A stretch of 64,000 nt of DNA from Gemmatimonadota bacterium (GTDB lineage Bacteria > Gemmatimonadota > Gemmatimonadetes > Gemmatimonadales > GWC2-71-9). Location of the stretch: NCBI GenBank assembly GCA_039589275.1, contig JBDHHP010000004.1, positions 11,377-75,376 on the forward strand, read 5' to 3'. The notes below the pieces were generated by a model. That model ran no database searches. It was not told the DNA's origin and saw only the letters and a program-made list of their open reading frames with translations. The first letter of the stretch is position 1. Each line of letters starts with the position of its first letter. Below are positions 29,694-39,671 of this stretch, piece by piece. A program made the translations under genes and the position numbers.

Positions 29694-30377
29694 ATGAGGG
29701 TACTCGTCGTCGAGGACGACCGGAAGGTCGCTGGCTTCATCCAGATGGGCCTCCGGGAGGAAGGTTACGCCGTTGACGTCGCTAGAGATGGTGAAGAGGC
29801 GACGACTCTGGCGCACGTGAATGAATACGACGCGATTCTGCTCGACATAATGTTGCCTCGCAAGAACGGGTTGCAGGTGGCAGCCGAGTTGCGCCGCGAG
29901 GGACGGAACACACCCATCCTGATGCTCACCGCTCGCGATACGACTGACGACATCGTACGCGGCCTGGACGCAGGAGCCGACGACTACCTCGCCAAGCCGT
30001 TCCGGTTCGATGAACTCCTTGCCCGACTGCGAGCGCTTATCCGGCGCGGCGGCTCGACGCGACTGGAAAGGCTGACCTATGGTCCGCTCGAGCTAAACCG
30101 CATGAAGCACCAAGCGAGATCGGCAGGAGTAGTGTTGGATCTCACGCCAAGAGAATTCCAGCTGCTCGAGCACTTTATGCTACACCCCGAGGAGGTCGTG
30201 CGACGCACGGAACTACTCGAGAAGGTGTGGGATATGCATTTCGATCCCGAGAGCAACGTTGTCGACGTGCACGTTGGCAACCTTCGACGGAAGCTGCGCG
30301 AGGCGGGGTGTGACAGCTTGATCAAGACCGTACGGGGTGTGGGATTCTGTCTGAAGGCCAACGACGCTGACGATTGA
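29694..30377 (+). CDS. OmpR/PhoB-family response regulator (CusR/CzcR-like)
   Basis: 227 aa. Receiver with DD pair, D in AILLDIMLP and KP, followed by a winged-helix (LTPREFQLLEHFM...TVRGVGFCL). Confidence 0.9.
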   Translation: MRVLVVEDDRKVAGFIQMGLREEGYAVDVARDGEEATTLAHVNEYDAILLDIMLPRKNGLQVAAELRREGRNTPILMLTARDTTDDIVRGLDAGADDYLAKPFRFDELLARLRALIRRGGSTRLERLTYGPLELNRMKHQARSAGVVLDLTPREFQLLEHFMLHPEEVVRRTELLEKVWDMHFDPESNVVDVHVGNLRRKLREAGCDSLIKTVRGVGFCLKANDADD

Positions 30378-31798
30378 TGCACTCGTTACGCCGCACTCTC
30401 GTGGTGCGGTTCTCCCTCACGATGTTCTTGGCCCTTCTGCTGATCTCCTTGTGGGCCTTCCTAGGCACACATTATAGTCTCAGCCGGCAGCTCAACGAGT
30501 CTCTCACGTCCACGCTACAGGTTGAAGCCGCGGCACTCGCAGCGAGACTGCCAGTGGGCTTCGAGTCAAACTCGAGTGACCTCGACGCATTCATTCGCCA
30601 GATCAATCGGTTCGTGACGATTCGCGATTCTGCGGGACAGGTCGTCTTCTCGAATACACCGTTCACCGACATTCCGCTTGATCCCCACGGCTTCTCAAAT
30701 GCCCGTTCAGGCGAGAGATCCTTCGTTACCCAAGACTGGGGGCAAAGACGCATCCGATCACTGTATGCCCCAGTACCCGAGGGAAGTCTGGTAGGAGTGT
30801 CTGTCATCCATGTGGCTGCGTCTCTCAGACCAATGGCGGAGTTTGAGCGAAGCATCTTCCTGCTAATGCTTGCTACGGTCATTCTGGGTACGGCAGCGAC
30901 GGTATTCGGCGCCAGTTGGATGGCTGGTTCCGCCGCCTCTCCAGTCGCGGCGATTACTGAACAGACCAAGTCAATCATGCCAGACACAGCGGGAAAACGT
31001 ATAACTGCGCACGCTGACGTGGTTGAGTTTGCGGGATTGGTAGGCGTTCTGAATGACATGCTCGAGCGCCTCGATGGCGCACTTGCTCAACAACGCCGAA
31101 TGATTGCCGACCTGGGACACGATCTTCGGACACCGCTCACAGCCATGCGTGGAACGCTGGAGGTGGCGCTGCGCAGCGAGCGTACAGCCGACGAATACCG
31201 CTTGGTTCTCAGAAGCAGCCTGGAAGAGGTCGAGCGCCTCCACGCCATCACCGAAGGAGTAGTCATGCTGGCTCGCCTGGAGGCGGGTGAGCTGCGACCC
31301 GACAAAGCCCCTGTTGACTTGTACGACTTCGCCGAGGATGCGGTAGAGAGAGTCTTGTCCCGCACTGCCGGCTGGACGATCGAGCTGGCGGACCGACCGC
31401 CTGAAGCGACTGGCACCCGGGCCGATGCCCAGATGGTGAGCTACGTTCTTCGTGAGTTGCTGTACAACGTTGTGCAGCACACGCCAGCCGGCACACGTGC
31501 AGTCGTTACGGTGACATCCAACGAGGCTGGCGTGTCCGTCTCCGTGTCCGATGACGGACCCGGCGTCCCCGATGAGGAACTTCGACATCTGTTCGAGCGG
31601 CTGTACCGGATTGACGAAGCGCGCTCGAGGACCGCTGGCTCTGGCCTCGGTCTCACCATCTCAGCGGCCATTCTCGGAGCGCACGAGGGATCCATCGCTG
31701 CTAAGAGAAGCGCGCACGGCGGGTTGGAAATCACCACCCTCTTCCCGCGCTGCGAGCCGCGTCAGACACAAGGCGTACACAAAGCGCCGCCGAGATAA
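30374..31798 (+). CDS. Membrane sensor histidine kinase (two-TM periplasmic sensor, HAMP, HisKA, HATPase)
   Basis: 474 aa. H-box DLGHDLRTPLTAMRG. 4-nt overlap with the regulator gene. Confidence 0.9.
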   Translation: MMHSLRRTLVVRFSLTMFLALLLISLWAFLGTHYSLSRQLNESLTSTLQVEAAALAARLPVGFESNSSDLDAFIRQINRFVTIRDSAGQVVFSNTPFTDIPLDPHGFSNARSGERSFVTQDWGQRRIRSLYAPVPEGSLVGVSVIHVAASLRPMAEFERSIFLLMLATVILGTAATVFGASWMAGSAASPVAAITEQTKSIMPDTAGKRITAHADVVEFAGLVGVLNDMLERLDGALAQQRRMIADLGHDLRTPLTAMRGTLEVALRSERTADEYRLVLRSSLEEVERLHAITEGVVMLARLEAGELRPDKAPVDLYDFAEDAVERVLSRTAGWTIELADRPPEATGTRADAQMVSYVLRELLYNVVQHTPAGTRAVVTVTSNEAGVSVSVSDDGPGVPDEELRHLFERLYRIDEARSRTAGSGLGLTISAAILGAHEGSIAAKRSAHGGLEITTLFPRCEPRQTQGVHKAPPR

Positions 31799-31927
31799 GT
31801 TAGGGGTGGCACCAAGTCTCCCTTGAGGGGTAACTTAGCTGTCAAATCACCACAGAACGCCGCACGGGTCCGACGCGCCAGGTGTGCTGTGGACCCTCGC
31901 TGCATCGCTGATCAGAAGGAGGATCTA

Positions 31928-32302
31928 GTGAATAAGTTGTTGACGAGTCTGGCACCAGCTGTGTGTGCAATCGGGCTTCTCGCAACTGCCGCTTCGGCTC
32001 AGGACCTGCCGGTGGGAGTAAACGAGCAAGTGATCTCGGAGGGAGAGGCGATTTTCAAAGGTGCCGGGACTTGTTTCGCCTGTCACGGCCAAGACGCCAA
32101 GGGAGTTCCCAACCTCGGTGCTGACTTGACGGACGACGAGTGGACTCATGCTGACGGAACGTATGACGCCATTGTCGCTACCATCAACTCGGGTGCTCAA
32201 GCTGCCAGCGGGGCCGTGATGCCACCCAAGGGTGGGCCCAATCTCACCGAAGCCCAGGTCAAGGCCGTTGCGGCCTACGTGTGGAGCTTGGCCAACAAAT
32301 AG
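31928..32302 (+). CDS. Class I c-type cytochrome (mono-haem), secreted
   Basis: In-frame GTG at 31928 follows AGGAGGA. Signal peptide VNKLLTSLAPAVCAIGLLATAASAQ, CFACHG haem motif and a distal Met (VMPPKG). Confidence 0.8.
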   Translation: MNKLLTSLAPAVCAIGLLATAASAQDLPVGVNEQVISEGEAIFKGAGTCFACHGQDAKGVPNLGADLTDDEWTHADGTYDAIVATINSGAQAASGAVMPPKGGPNLTEAQVKAVAAYVWSLANK

Positions 32303-32335
32303 CTATTCCCGGCGCAACAAGGTTAGCGGTACATC

Positions 32336-32362
32336 AGCGGCCCCCACATTGACGGGGCCGCT
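32336..32362. terminator. Hairpin between convergent cytochrome c and feoB genes
   Basis: AGCGGCCCC / GGGGCCGCT form a perfect 9-bp stem with a 9-nt loop. No strong U-tract. Confidence 0.4.
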
Positions 32363-32398
32363 ACTCTCATGTCAGCCCATCGCGAGAACAAGCCGAAC

Positions 32399-34633
32399 TC
32401 ACGCTGCCAATCGCCAGAACTGCGCAACGAGAAAGCAAACCACGAGACCCATTGCCAGTGGCAGTGCAGCCGAAACCGCAGTCCATTTCACACTGCGCGT
32501 CTCTCTCAAGATCGTGTACAGCGTGGTGGAACACGGATTGTGGAGCAGGCTGAACAGCATGAGGTTGATTGCGGTCAACAGCGTCCAACCGCCCGCCCTG
32601 AGCAGTTCCCCCGTGTCTGCGGATTCCAGTTCGAACATCACTCCAGCACCTCCGCCGACACCGCCCAAATTGAGCGTCAACACCGTGAGCATTAGAACGG
32701 TAGGAATTACGATCTCATTCGCCGGGATCGCCACCACGTAAGCGAGGAGTATTACGCCGTTCAGTCCGAGTAGTAGGCCCAATGGATCGAGCCAAGAGAT
32801 GAGGTGCTCAGCAACACTGGAGCCCCCCAAGTTGATATTCGAGACCAGCCAGATCACGGCTCCTGCCGGTGCGGCAAAGACTATTGCTCGCCACAGTACG
32901 ATCAGCGTCCTGTCTATCACTGAGGTGTACAGGGTCTGCAGGATCCTCGGCGGCCGGTAAGGGGGGAGTTCGAGGCTGAACGTGGTTGCCTCACCGCGCA
33001 GCACCGTGCGGGACAGCAGCCAGGAAGCGAACAGCATTGCTGCAACGCCCAGTACCGCGACGCTAACCACGGCTGCTGCTGAGATGAGTCCCGCAAAGTG
33101 AGCCGGTGCCAGTGCGCCGACAAAGATGGTGGCCACCAGGATCTGTGTCGGCCAGCGACCGTTGCAGAGCGAGAAGTTGTTAGTGATGATGGCTATCAAC
33201 CGCTCTCGCGGGCTGTCAATGACCCTCGCGGACACGACCCCAGCCGCGTTGCAGCCAAACCCCATGCACATCGTGAGAGCCTGTTTCCCATGCGCACCAG
33301 CCTTACGGAACAGGCTGTCGAGATTAAACGCCACCCTGGGCAAGTACCCGAAGTCCTCCAGTAACGTGAACAGGGGAAAGAAGATCGCCATCGGTGGCAG
33401 CATTACGCTCACGACCCAGGCCGTGGCGCGATAGACCCCGTCAATCAGCAGTCCGTCCAACCACCACGGTATCCCGATCCCAGGCGCCAGGTCCTTGAGT
33501 GCCGGATGAACGGTATCCAGCAGCAGCGCTGCCAGGAGGCGTGACGGGTAGTTGGCGCCCGTAATGGTGAGCCAGAATACGACGGCCAGAATGAGGAGCA
33601 TCAACGGGAAGCCCGTCCAGCGGCTAGTGAGCAGCCGGTCCAGCACACGGTCCACGTCGAACTTCGCCCGCCGGATACCGCGAATCCGGCACCGGTCAAC
33701 AATCCGTTGGGCCGCCGCGTATATGCTCTCGGTGAGAGAATCGTGAAAACCGGGACTCAGATTCCACCTGAGCTGAGTTGCCCGATCAAGGATCTCGGAG
33801 GCCGCGATTCCTTCAGACGAATGCTCAACGAGTCCCGGTCCACTCACTGCCGGATGCGCGTCGCCCAGGTCGCCGATCTCACCAGAACGTACCGCCTCTC
33901 CCACTCTCTCATCGCCATTGAGTAGTCGAAGAGCCACCCATCTCGCGTTGGGAAGACCGGGATACACCGCTGTAATTCGAGGCAACAGTGCGTCGATCGC
34001 TGCCTCGACGTCCTCGGGGTAGTCCTCGATGCGAAATGGGGTGGATTTGATCTCCCCGGTGGCGACCGCGTGAATTGCCTCAAGCAGATCCGTGACCCCT
34101 CTCCTCCGGCGCGCAACCGTGGGAACCACGGGCACTCCCAGCTCCTTCGAGAGGACTTCTGCGTCGATGCCGATCCCGTGACGCCTGGCTTCATCAATCA
34201 GGTTGAGGCAGACAACTACTCGATCTGTGATTTCTAGAATCTGGATTGCCAAGTTCAGGTTGCGCTCGAGGCGAGTCGCGTCGACCACGATCACGGTCAC
34301 GTCCGGCTGACCGAAGAGCACGAAATCGCGCGCTACCTCTTCGTCCGCGCTACCGGCTTGCAGGGAGTAGGTCCCCGGCAGATCGATCACGCGGTAGCTT
34401 CCGCCGGCGTGGTGGAAGCCACCTTCGGCACGGGCAACCGTCTTACCAGGCCAGTTACCTGTGTGTTGTCGCAGGCCCGTCAACGCATTGAAAACGGTGC
34501 TCTTTCCGGTGTTGGGGTTACCCGCAAGAGCCACCAAGAAATCCGATTGGTCAGGCTTGACTCCTAGCTGCACCAAGCGATCGGATCGGTCAGCGGGGCA
34601 GGCGTGACACCCGGTTGCGGAGCTGGTAATCAC
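32399..34633 (-). CDS. feoB: Ferrous iron transporter FeoB
   Basis: 744 aa. N-terminal G domain ([16 protein letters not shown]; DLPGTYSL) and a polytopic permease with gate motifs. GTG start 1 nt after the upstream stop. Confidence 0.95.
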   Translation of the reverse strand: MITSSATGCHACPADRSDRLVQLGVKPDQSDFLVALAGNPNTGKSTVFNALTGLRQHTGNWPGKTVARAEGGFHHAGGSYRVIDLPGTYSLQAGSADEEVARDFVLFGQPDVTVIVVDATRLERNLNLAIQILEITDRVVVCLNLIDEARRHGIGIDAEVLSKELGVPVVPTVARRRRGVTDLLEAIHAVATGEIKSTPFRIEDYPEDVEAAIDALLPRITAVYPGLPNARWVALRLLNGDERVGEAVRSGEIGDLGDAHPAVSGPGLVEHSSEGIAASEILDRATQLRWNLSPGFHDSLTESIYAAAQRIVDRCRIRGIRRAKFDVDRVLDRLLTSRWTGFPLMLLILAVVFWLTITGANYPSRLLAALLLDTVHPALKDLAPGIGIPWWLDGLLIDGVYRATAWVVSVMLPPMAIFFPLFTLLEDFGYLPRVAFNLDSLFRKAGAHGKQALTMCMGFGCNAAGVVSARVIDSPRERLIAIITNNFSLCNGRWPTQILVATIFVGALAPAHFAGLISAAAVVSVAVLGVAAMLFASWLLSRTVLRGEATTFSLELPPYRPPRILQTLYTSVIDRTLIVLWRAIVFAAPAGAVIWLVSNINLGGSSVAEHLISWLDPLGLLLGLNGVILLAYVVAIPANEIVIPTVLMLTVLTLNLGGVGGGAGVMFELESADTGELLRAGGWTLLTAINLMLFSLLHNPCSTTLYTILRETRSVKWTAVSAALPLAMGLVVCFLVAQFWRLAA

Positions 34634-34634
34634 G

Positions 34635-35669
34635 CTAGTGCGCTACCTGGCGATTGCCTCGCTGCACGTAGATCCACTCAGCCTGCTCCCTGCGCAGAGC
34701 GATCAGGGCCCCTCTGACTCGGTATCCAATGGGGTCTCCCGACGCACCCCGGAGTTCGGCATCAACTGATGTTCCCGGGACGAAGCCGAGGTCGAGCAGG
34801 CGCCTGCGTTGCAGGCCCTGGCAAAGAGGAGATATTTGCACGACGGTGCCCGACTCGCCTGGGGTCAGATCGCCCAAGTGGTCGAACGGTCCGGCCCCCA
34901 ACTCCGCCCGGGGCAGTGGCACCACGGTCACATTTGTCGCAGCAACCGGCTCCAGTTCACACTCCCGACCGTCAGCCGTGAATCGCACCACCTCGGGCGT
35001 AGACTCCTCCAACCGAAGCCTCATTAACGGTGCGAGGCCGATGTCGACGATCTGTTGGAAGACCTCGCGCGGCTCGTCTTCAAGATGCACGATGGCCCCG
35101 TTCTGACCAGGTTTGAGTGCGGTAAGGGCCACACCCTCGCGCGGAGGCATGTCGCCAGCAGCAGTCGGTATCGGATCGCCGTGAGGATCGTAAAGCGGCT
35201 GGCCCATTCGCGCGGCAAGCGCTTCCGTTTCCTCCGGCTTCATGGTGTGCTCCGCTTTCTCCGCTTCATCGTGCCAGTCGGCAGGACTCACGTTGGTGCG
35301 GTCGGCTAGATATCTCTCCCACAGCCGGTGTGTGCGGAGCAGGCGGAGCGCGTATGACCTGCCTGTGTCAGTGAGCGGGAGACCGACCCCATTGGAGCGG
35401 ATGAGCTGGAGAGCCTCCAGGTGAGCCACCAGATTCGCTGATCTCGCCCGCGAAATCTCCAGTGCCCCTGCCACGCTGTCGATACTGCAGGGTTTCTCGG
35501 CGTACTCTCCGCCGTAGAGGTGTTTGAGTGCATCCTCGATACGGACTCGTTCAGTCATTCGGGCCAAACGGGCGAACCTCGCGACCAATCCCCATTTGGG
35601 CCAGAACAGCAAGCTGAGGACGGCTGCCACAACGGCGAACACGAGGAGAGCAAGTCCGGGGTCTACCAT
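34635..35669 (-). CDS. DtxR/MntR-family metalloregulator fused to two FeoA/SH3-like domains, with a possible N-terminal TM helix
   Basis: 344 aa. The DtxR HTH and dimerisation region runs EDALKHLY...[14 protein letters not shown]...YDPHGDPIP. Two FeoA-like modules follow ([18 protein letters not shown]...; [16 protein letters not shown]...[15 protein letters not shown]). The first 37 aa are hydrophobic ([19 protein letters not shown]). Confidence 0.8.
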   Translation of the reverse strand: MVDPGLALLVFAVVAAVLSLLFWPKWGLVARFARLARMTERVRIEDALKHLYGGEYAEKPCSIDSVAGALEISRARSANLVAHLEALQLIRSNGVGLPLTDTGRSYALRLLRTHRLWERYLADRTNVSPADWHDEAEKAEHTMKPEETEALAARMGQPLYDPHGDPIPTAAGDMPPREGVALTALKPGQNGAIVHLEDEPREVFQQIVDIGLAPLMRLRLEESTPEVVRFTADGRECELEPVAATNVTVVPLPRAELGAGPFDHLGDLTPGESGTVVQISPLCQGLQRRRLLDLGFVPGTSVDAELRGASGDPIGYRVRGALIALRREQAEWIYVQRGNRQVAH

Positions 35670-35778
35670 GACGCCCCCGGCGCCAGCACGTAGTCCGAAA
35701 CTGCGGAATCACCGGAGCTGATTAGCATAAGTCTATATTTTCCAATTGTTTACGACGAAGTCGATCCTCCGAGCATAA

Positions 35779-35794
35779 ATTAGCGTTGCCTAAT
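35779..35794. promoter_or_regulatory. Candidate DtxR/IdeR-type operator (ATTAG-N6-CTAAT palindrome) in an AT-rich divergent intergenic region
   Basis: ATTAGCGTTGCCTAAT. The left half matches the TTAGGTTAGCCTAACCTAA iron-box consensus at about 11 of 19 positions over the 19-mer. A second TTAGC-containing site lies at 35721-35737. Confidence 0.3.
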
Positions 35795-35953
35795 AATCAC
35801 ATTTGGAGAGCAAAACGTCAAGCGGCAGGCTTCTCCCCCGGCGTGCCCGATAAAGACTGGGTGTGGCTCCAATGTGAGCGGTTCATGACGTTTCCCTGCT
35901 GACGGCAGACTACCCTATGCGCCACGAGCTCAATCCGAATATCTTGCTCTACC

Positions 35954-37291
35954 ATGGAACCGTTCAAGATAAAGGCCGTCGAGTCGATCCCGTTTACCAC
36001 GCGCTCGGAACGAGAGACCGCCTTGCGGGATTCCGGGTACAACCTGTTCAACATCCCGGCGAACCTCATCACCATTGACCTGCTGACTGACTCGGGCACC
36101 TCCGCAATGTCTGACCGGCAGTGGGCTGGATTGATGGTTGGTGATGAATCGTACGCAGGCAGCCGGAATTACTTCAGGTTTGAAGAGACTGTTCGTCGAA
36201 TCACAGGATTCCGCCATGTGATCCCGATGCATCAAGGGCGAGTAGCCGAGAACCTGTTGTTTACCAACTTGGTGAACCCAGGTGATCACATCCCCAACAA
36301 CATCCACTTCGACACCACCAGAGCGAACGTGGAGCACAAGGGCGGTGTCGCCGTCGACTGCGTGAAGGATGTAGCGTACGACCCGCTGGCCGACGTCCCG
36401 TTCAAGGGCGATATGGACCTTGGCAAGTTGGACCGGGTTCTCGCCAACGTGGGCAAGGAGCGAATCCCGCTGGTAATGCTAACTATCACCAACAACTCGG
36501 GCGGTGGTCAGCCAGTCAGCTTGGAAAACGCACGACAAGTCTCAGCCTGGTGTCGCACCCAAAGCATTCCGTTCTTCTACGACGCGTGCCGCTTTGCCGA
36601 GAACGCTTTCTTCAATAAGCAACGCAGCGATATCGGAGGGGAGATCCCGGAGATCGCACGCCAGTTCTTCGACCTGGCTGACGGATGCACGATGTCGGCG
36701 AAGAAAGATGGCCTAGTCAATATGGGTGGGTTCGTCGCGCTGAATGACGACGACCTGAAGAGCAGGGTCACCAACATGCTGATCCTGATCGAGGGCTTCC
36801 CTACCTACGGTGGCCTCGCGGGACGTGATCTCGAGGCAATTGCACGGGGACTGGACGAAGTCCTGGACGAGCGATACCTGGCCCACCGCATTGGACAGGT
36901 ACGAGATTTCGGTCGCACCTTGTGCGATTCGGGTGTGCCCGTTCTACTGCCAATTGGTGGTCATGCCGTTTACCTCGATGCACGCCGGTTTCTACCGCAC
37001 ATCCCTCAAGATCAGTTCCCGGCGCAGGCGCTGACCTGTGCACTCTACTTGGAGGGAGGCGTGCGTGGTGTGGAGGTTGGGGGCCTCATGTTCGGCGGAG
37101 CTGGCAACTGGCCAGAACTCGAACTCGTACGCCTTGCGGTGCCGAGAAGGGTATACACCGCGAGTCATCTCAATCATGTCGCGGCGGTTACCAAGCAGCT
37201 GTACGAGAAGCGAGAGACGATTAGCGGCCTACGAATCACCTACGAGGCACCAGTCCTGAGACACTTCACGGCGCGGTTGGACACGATCTAG
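35954..37291 (+). CDS. PLP-dependent beta-eliminating lyase (tryptophanase / tyrosine phenol-lyase family)
   Basis: 445 aa, collinear by eye with TPL/TnaA (IDLLTDSGTSAMSDRQWAG; PLP-Lys region GCTMSAKKDGLVNMGGF; GGHAVYLDARRF; LRHFTARLD). Confidence 0.9.
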   Translation: MEPFKIKAVESIPFTTRSERETALRDSGYNLFNIPANLITIDLLTDSGTSAMSDRQWAGLMVGDESYAGSRNYFRFEETVRRITGFRHVIPMHQGRVAENLLFTNLVNPGDHIPNNIHFDTTRANVEHKGGVAVDCVKDVAYDPLADVPFKGDMDLGKLDRVLANVGKERIPLVMLTITNNSGGGQPVSLENARQVSAWCRTQSIPFFYDACRFAENAFFNKQRSDIGGEIPEIARQFFDLADGCTMSAKKDGLVNMGGFVALNDDDLKSRVTNMLILIEGFPTYGGLAGRDLEAIARGLDEVLDERYLAHRIGQVRDFGRTLCDSGVPVLLPIGGHAVYLDARRFLPHIPQDQFPAQALTCALYLEGGVRGVEVGGLMFGGAGNWPELELVRLAVPRRVYTASHLNHVAAVTKQLYEKRETISGLRITYEAPVLRHFTARLDTI

Positions 37292-37327
37292 AGCCATCCA
37301 ACCCTCTCCTGCACAGATGGGAATAAC

Positions 37328-37735
37328 ATGAGTCCTTTCAATAGAGTGGCTGTCTTCACATTGCTTTTGGCTGCTTGCGGGAGTGGGCGCCAATTCGGCA
37401 CGGTAGAACTCGGGAGCCTCTCTGTCGAAGGAGAAGTACAGCAGGAATTCCTATCACAACAGCTTCTCCAACTCGATCCCACGTTCGAGGCGTGCTACGT
37501 GCGTGCCCTCAGGGCCAATCGATCGGCCGAGGGCGTGATCGCGATGAACATCTCAGGTAAGAACGGGCATGTGATCCCCGAGATAACGGCGAATGAGACC
37601 GGCAGCGACGATCTGGGTGAGTGCGTGGAGAGCGCAGTCGCCCAACTTCCGATACGAGAACCGGCAGGTTATGACCCTTGGGATTTTGTCGGCCAATGGA
37701 GTGTGAGGTTCGACATCATCAGAAGCGGGCAATAG
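37328..37735 (+). CDS. Hypothetical lipoprotein
   Basis: 135 aa with lipoprotein signal MSPFNRVAVFTLLLAAC. Two conserved-looking Cys (FEACY, LGECV). Confidence 0.6.
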   Translation: MSPFNRVAVFTLLLAACGSGRQFGTVELGSLSVEGEVQQEFLSQQLLQLDPTFEACYVRALRANRSAEGVIAMNISGKNGHVIPEITANETGSDDLGECVESAVAQLPIREPAGYDPWDFVGQWSVRFDIIRSGQ

Positions 37736-37761
37736 CGGAGAGCTGCCCGCACGCGCACAAC

Positions 37762-37791
37762 AAAAATGCCGGTGCACACGGGCACCGGCAT
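37762..37791 (-). terminator. Rho-independent terminator of cspA
   Basis: ATGCCGGTGC / GCACCGGCAT form a perfect 10-bp stem with a 6-nt loop. On the minus strand it is followed by UUUUGUUGUG, 28 nt past the csp stop. Confidence 0.65.
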
Positions 37792-37818
37792 CTTGCGTCA
37801 CTGGTTGGCTACTCAGAT

Positions 37819-38040
37819 CTACTCAGGCGCGTGTTCCACCTCGACCCGCCGCACGTTTGCAGCGTGCAAGCCCTTGGGACCTTCCTTCACCTCAAACTCC
37901 ACCGGGTCTCCCTCCTGCAAAGTGCGGAAGCCCGTTCCATCAATCGCGGTATAGTGGACGAAAACGTCCGGGCCATCATCGCGCTCAATGAACCCAAAGC
38001 CCTTCGCACTGTTGAACCACTTCACCTTACCATTCGACAT
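37819..38040 (-). CDS. cspA: Cold-shock protein (CspA family)
   Basis: 73 aa, [33 protein letters not shown], with RNP1 and RNP2 motifs. A non-coding region of about 280 nt lies upstream. Confidence 0.95.
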   Translation of the reverse strand: MSNGKVKWFNSAKGFGFIERDDGPDVFVHYTAIDGTGFRTLQEGDPVEFEVKEGPKGLHAANVRRVEVEHAPE

Positions 38041-38323
38041 GCTCGACGGCTCCCAGTATCACGTACTAATTGTCTCACCGGTAGTGTACCGGTACTCGGC
38101 CAAACGTTCGGTTAACCTTTAGTTGTTGTACACCGTTGTCAATAGCAACTGAAACAACTTCACTCGCTACTGGACTTGCCCCGAGACGGCGTCAATAGGC
38201 ATGAAATCAGCCTCGCCACGTAGGAGGGTCAATTTGCAGGGAGCCTGCTCCTAGCGGGCTCGCAACCGGAGTGCCATTCTACTCACATTGTGACACGCTA
38301 ACACATGACACCGAGGAGCAACG

Positions 38324-39661
38324 ATGCCTTCAATCGATAGAAGGCGCTTCATCACGGAAAGCGCAGGAGCCGCATTGGCGACGTCGGCATTCGCGCCGGC
38401 TGTCCTTCTTCGCAGAGACGATAGACGAATACGTGTGGGCGTTGTCGGTGTAGGCGGCAGGGGCACGAGCCTACTTCGTCTCTTGCTGCTGAGACAGGAT
38501 GTCGAGGTTAACGCGCTGTGCGACATCCGCCCGGAGGCGGTCGAGGGAGCAGCTGGGATGGTGACGGAGAGCGGAGCCGATGCTCCGACGGGGTACACGA
38601 ATGGAGAGGAGGACTTCCGAAACCTCGTGATTCGCGACGATCTAGATGCGGTCATCATTGCCACACCGTGGCTTTGGCATACGCCCGTGGCAGTAGCAGC
38701 CATGCGGGCAGGGAAGGCCGTAGGGGTAGAGGTGCCCGCGGCGGTGACATTACAGGAGTGCTGGGATCTTGTGAACACGTCCGAGGACACACGAATCCCG
38801 TGCATGATTCTGGAGAACGTCTGCTACCGCAGAGATGTCATGACCGTACTCAACATGGTTCGGCAAGGTCTGTTCGGTGAGCTGATCCACTGTCAGGGTG
38901 GCTACCAACACGATTTGCGAGGCATCAAGTTCCAGCCGGGTGCCGAGTACGGCCCCGGAGCAACTGGAGAAGCAGTGTGGCGTACTCACCATTCGATTAC
39001 TCGAAATGGTGAGCTGTACCCCACCCACGGGGTGGGACCCGTGTCCAAGTTCCTGAATATCAACACGGGGAATCGACTCGAGTCGCTCACCTCAACTGCG
39101 AGTAAGGCCCGCGGCCTGCACAACTACATCATAGCCGAGGGTGGTGAGGACCACCCAAGCGCAAACGTTCGATTTCGCCTTGGTGACGTTGTGACCACCG
39201 TCATCAAGTGCGCCAACGGTGAGACTGTCGTGTTGAGTCATGACACGAACTTGCCACGACCATACTCCCTCAACTTCCGAGTACAAGGCACGGGCGGCCT
39301 CTGGATGAGCGACAACCGCTCGATATACCTCGAGGGGATTAGCCCGGAACCGCATCGTTGGGAGCCCTTTAGCAACTATCAAGAGTCGTACGACCATCCC
39401 CTGTGGCGGCGTTACACAGCGGAGTCAGAGGGGGCTGGTCACGGAGGTATGGATTTCTTCGTAGTCCACGCTTTCGTGGAGTCGGTCAAGCGGCAGGTGC
39501 CGCCGCCCATAGACGTATACGATGCGGCCACTTGGAGCGTGATAAGCTCACTGTCGGAGCAATCCGTGGCCGAAGGCAGTGCACCGGTACGGTTCCCCGA
39601 TTTCACAAGGGGTCGTTGGTCGAAGCGGACCTCATCGTTCGCGCTGGGCGACGAGTTTTGA
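38324..39661 (+). CDS. TAT-exported Gfo/Idh/MocA-family NAD-dependent oxidoreductase (GH109-like)
   Basis: 445 aa. Twin-arginine signal SIDRRRFITESAGAALATSAFAPA, Rossmann fold RVGVVGVGGRGTS. RBS GAGGAG. Confidence 0.85.
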   Translation: MPSIDRRRFITESAGAALATSAFAPAVLLRRDDRRIRVGVVGVGGRGTSLLRLLLLRQDVEVNALCDIRPEAVEGAAGMVTESGADAPTGYTNGEEDFRNLVIRDDLDAVIIATPWLWHTPVAVAAMRAGKAVGVEVPAAVTLQECWDLVNTSEDTRIPCMILENVCYRRDVMTVLNMVRQGLFGELIHCQGGYQHDLRGIKFQPGAEYGPGATGEAVWRTHHSITRNGELYPTHGVGPVSKFLNINTGNRLESLTSTASKARGLHNYIIAEGGEDHPSANVRFRLGDVVTTVIKCANGETVVLSHDTNLPRPYSLNFRVQGTGGLWMSDNRSIYLEGISPEPHRWEPFSNYQESYDHPLWRRYTAESEGAGHGGMDFFVVHAFVESVKRQVPPPIDVYDAATWSVISSLSEQSVAEGSAPVRFPDFTRGRWSKRTSSFALGDEF

Positions 39662-39671
39662 TCGCTCAAGC

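Noticed and set aside
38251-38805. 184-aa minus-strand ORF overlapping the start of the TAT oxidoreductase gene
   Set aside because: Its composition is antisense-like. The plus-strand gene has an RBS, a twin-arginine signal and a Rossmann fold.
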